From NCBI GenBank assembly GCA_023213395.1, contig CM041465.1, positions 161,145,741 to 161,209,740 on the forward strand: a stretch of DNA of 64,000 bases, in the 5' to 3' direction. This stretch comes from Cycas panzhihuaensis (lineage: Eukaryota; Plantae; Cycadophyta). Made by a program: the position numbers and the translations under genes. Positions 62,091 through 64,000 of the stretch are shown piece after piece. Numbering within the stretch: the first letter of the stretch is position 1; the number at the start of each line of letters is the position of its first letter. The notes under the pieces were generated by a model. The model worked only from the letters and a program-made list of their open reading frames with translations, had not been told where the DNA came from and made no database searches.

Positions 62091-64000
62091 ATTAATAACA
62101 TCTTTATTTGTAAATATATCTTTATATCATAATGTGATTATGTTGTAATTTAAAATCATGTTAAGTTTACCCCTTGCTAAATAATGGGCCAATTATATGG
62201 GTCCATTATGTCAGTCAATCATGTTAATATTTGAGGGACTTCAAGGCCTATAAATTAAGCCCAAACCCTCCTTGATATACATTGGATTATTTGAAATAGA
62301 AAAGCTCTACTAAATTGAAGATTGAAAGCACCAGCTAATTTGGCCCTCTTGTTCTCTGCAACTAATTTATATTGAACAATTATTTATTATGTTTATCACT
62401 TCATTTCTATATACATAGGAGTATTATAAATCCTACATTGACTTTTTTATGGCATCAAAGCCTGTTCTTATGTATGCAATAAGATTGCTATAGGTTATTG
62501 ACACTAAAGGAGGCTTAGGATGGTAATCATTTGAAAAATATTCACCCTATTTTAGCCTATTTGCTTTGTTCAATATTGTTTTCCAAATGAATAGTTTATT
62601 TTCTCACCACCTTCCCTCTGTTCATGCATATTTTAGACTTGATTCCTCTTACTAGATTCTTTCACTAGTTTAGTGAGCTATAAATAGGATGCACTCTTTG
62701 TGTATTACTTCATCTCTAAGTTGTTATTATTATTCAGTAAATAGGGCAACCTAGTTTATTATCTTCTTTTGTTTTCATTCTGTTTGGCTACTAGTTTTAG
62801 TCTTGGCTCTCCTTACATCACCCCTTACTTTGGCTTCACTACTCTTGGGCTTAAAAAGACCATATGGTATCTCCCAGATAGTGGGAAACCTCTCTCTATT
62901 ATTAGTCATCACTTATTCCAATTTCATTGGTGCTTGAGTGTAATACCCTCATGCCTCCCATCATTGCCTCACATATATGCATTCCTATCATTATTGCATA
63001 TAGATATAGTAAGTGAGCCTCTGGAGCTTCTCCCTTAATGTGCAGGAGCCTATGTTGTCATTTAAAAAGAGGGCACTCTATACTCAATTTTGATTAATTT
63101 CTCATATGTTGGTCACTATTGTCCATCAAAATATTCATGTATCCTATTAATTCATGAAACATATAATTTTTTTTATAATGTTTAGTTTGATTTAATTAAA
63201 TTAGAACCTTTAATATGTCTATTAGTTCCATTTTCATTCCAATAGGTGATCACATAGAGCAAATTGATGACCAAGGGATTAACAACTAAGGGGCTTAAGC
63301 TTGTTATATTCCAATTTTATTACCTAAGGAGGATTGTTTATAGTTTTTGCAATAACTTTGTGATGGGAGGTCTTTTTTTCAAATCACAAGATCCACCAAA
63401 ATCTTGACTCAAAGCTCCACATCTTATAGTTAATTTTAGATCTATTTGATAGAATTTTAGGGTTTCTAAATCTATTAAAGTAGACCCTTTCTTATGTACT
63501 TCTTCAGTTATGTTTCACTAACTAAGGACTTATTTCACATATTCCAAAGGGATTTTTCTATTGTTTGCTGCTCACATTCATCTTATTAGTTGTTCTATCT
63601 ATTTTTTTATTAGCATTTATATTGCATTGTGGTTTGTAGGTGCCTTAATTGAGCAATAAAGGCTACTCTCATCTTGTAAGCATGATCTTTCTTTTAGCAT
63701 CCTAAACCCTACCATTTATGATTTATTTGTATTTTCTTTTAGCCTCATTATTTTCTTCTTAAAAGGAACCCTAACATTTAAATAAGACTACATTTAAAAA
63801 GAAGTTATACTCAAAAGATTAAAAAAGATAATTCTAAATTAAACAACAAAAACTTTTCCAACCTTGTAAGGGTAATGGTTAGGACCCTTGAACTTACCAC
63901 TTTGCACATGTCTTTTCTTTTTCTCAAACTCTATAAACATTAGGGAAATGCATTCACTATAAGGTGTATTAAGTAGTAGGTTGAGGTATAAACCATTCTT

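Overview
No intact cellular gene, rRNA/tRNA gene or CRISPR array is supported. The window is a eukaryotic, almost certainly land-plant, intergenic block of nested and decayed retrotransposons. A large, heavily methylated gymnosperm-like genome is my inference. Contents in order: (1) a GC-rich Tat/Ogre-like Ty3/gypsy element (1-8613, minus) with a 2.76 kb LTR and tRNA-Arg PBS, which keeps gag and protease, has lost RT/RNase H/integrase core, and carries an antisense spliced coiled-coil ORF; (2) a second gypsy element (about 9234-17050, minus) with pol, an array of about 40 palindromic 21/23-nt units and a 569-codon extra ORF with a plant-mobile-domain-like motif; (3) two minus-strand Ty1/copia elements (one with an in-frame RT deletion) plus fragments of the same LTR family; (4) a complete 310-bp TRIM with a target-site duplication; (5) several chromovirus-type gypsy remnants; (6) L1 LINE remnants; (7) a Tat-family solo LTR (47219-49832); (8) microsatellites. 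Nearly all reading frames are broken by C-to-T-type stops (CAG/CAA/CGA/TGG). Domain calls come from recognising motifs by eye, not from database searches. Boundaries not anchored by LTR ends, PBS or PPT are approximate.
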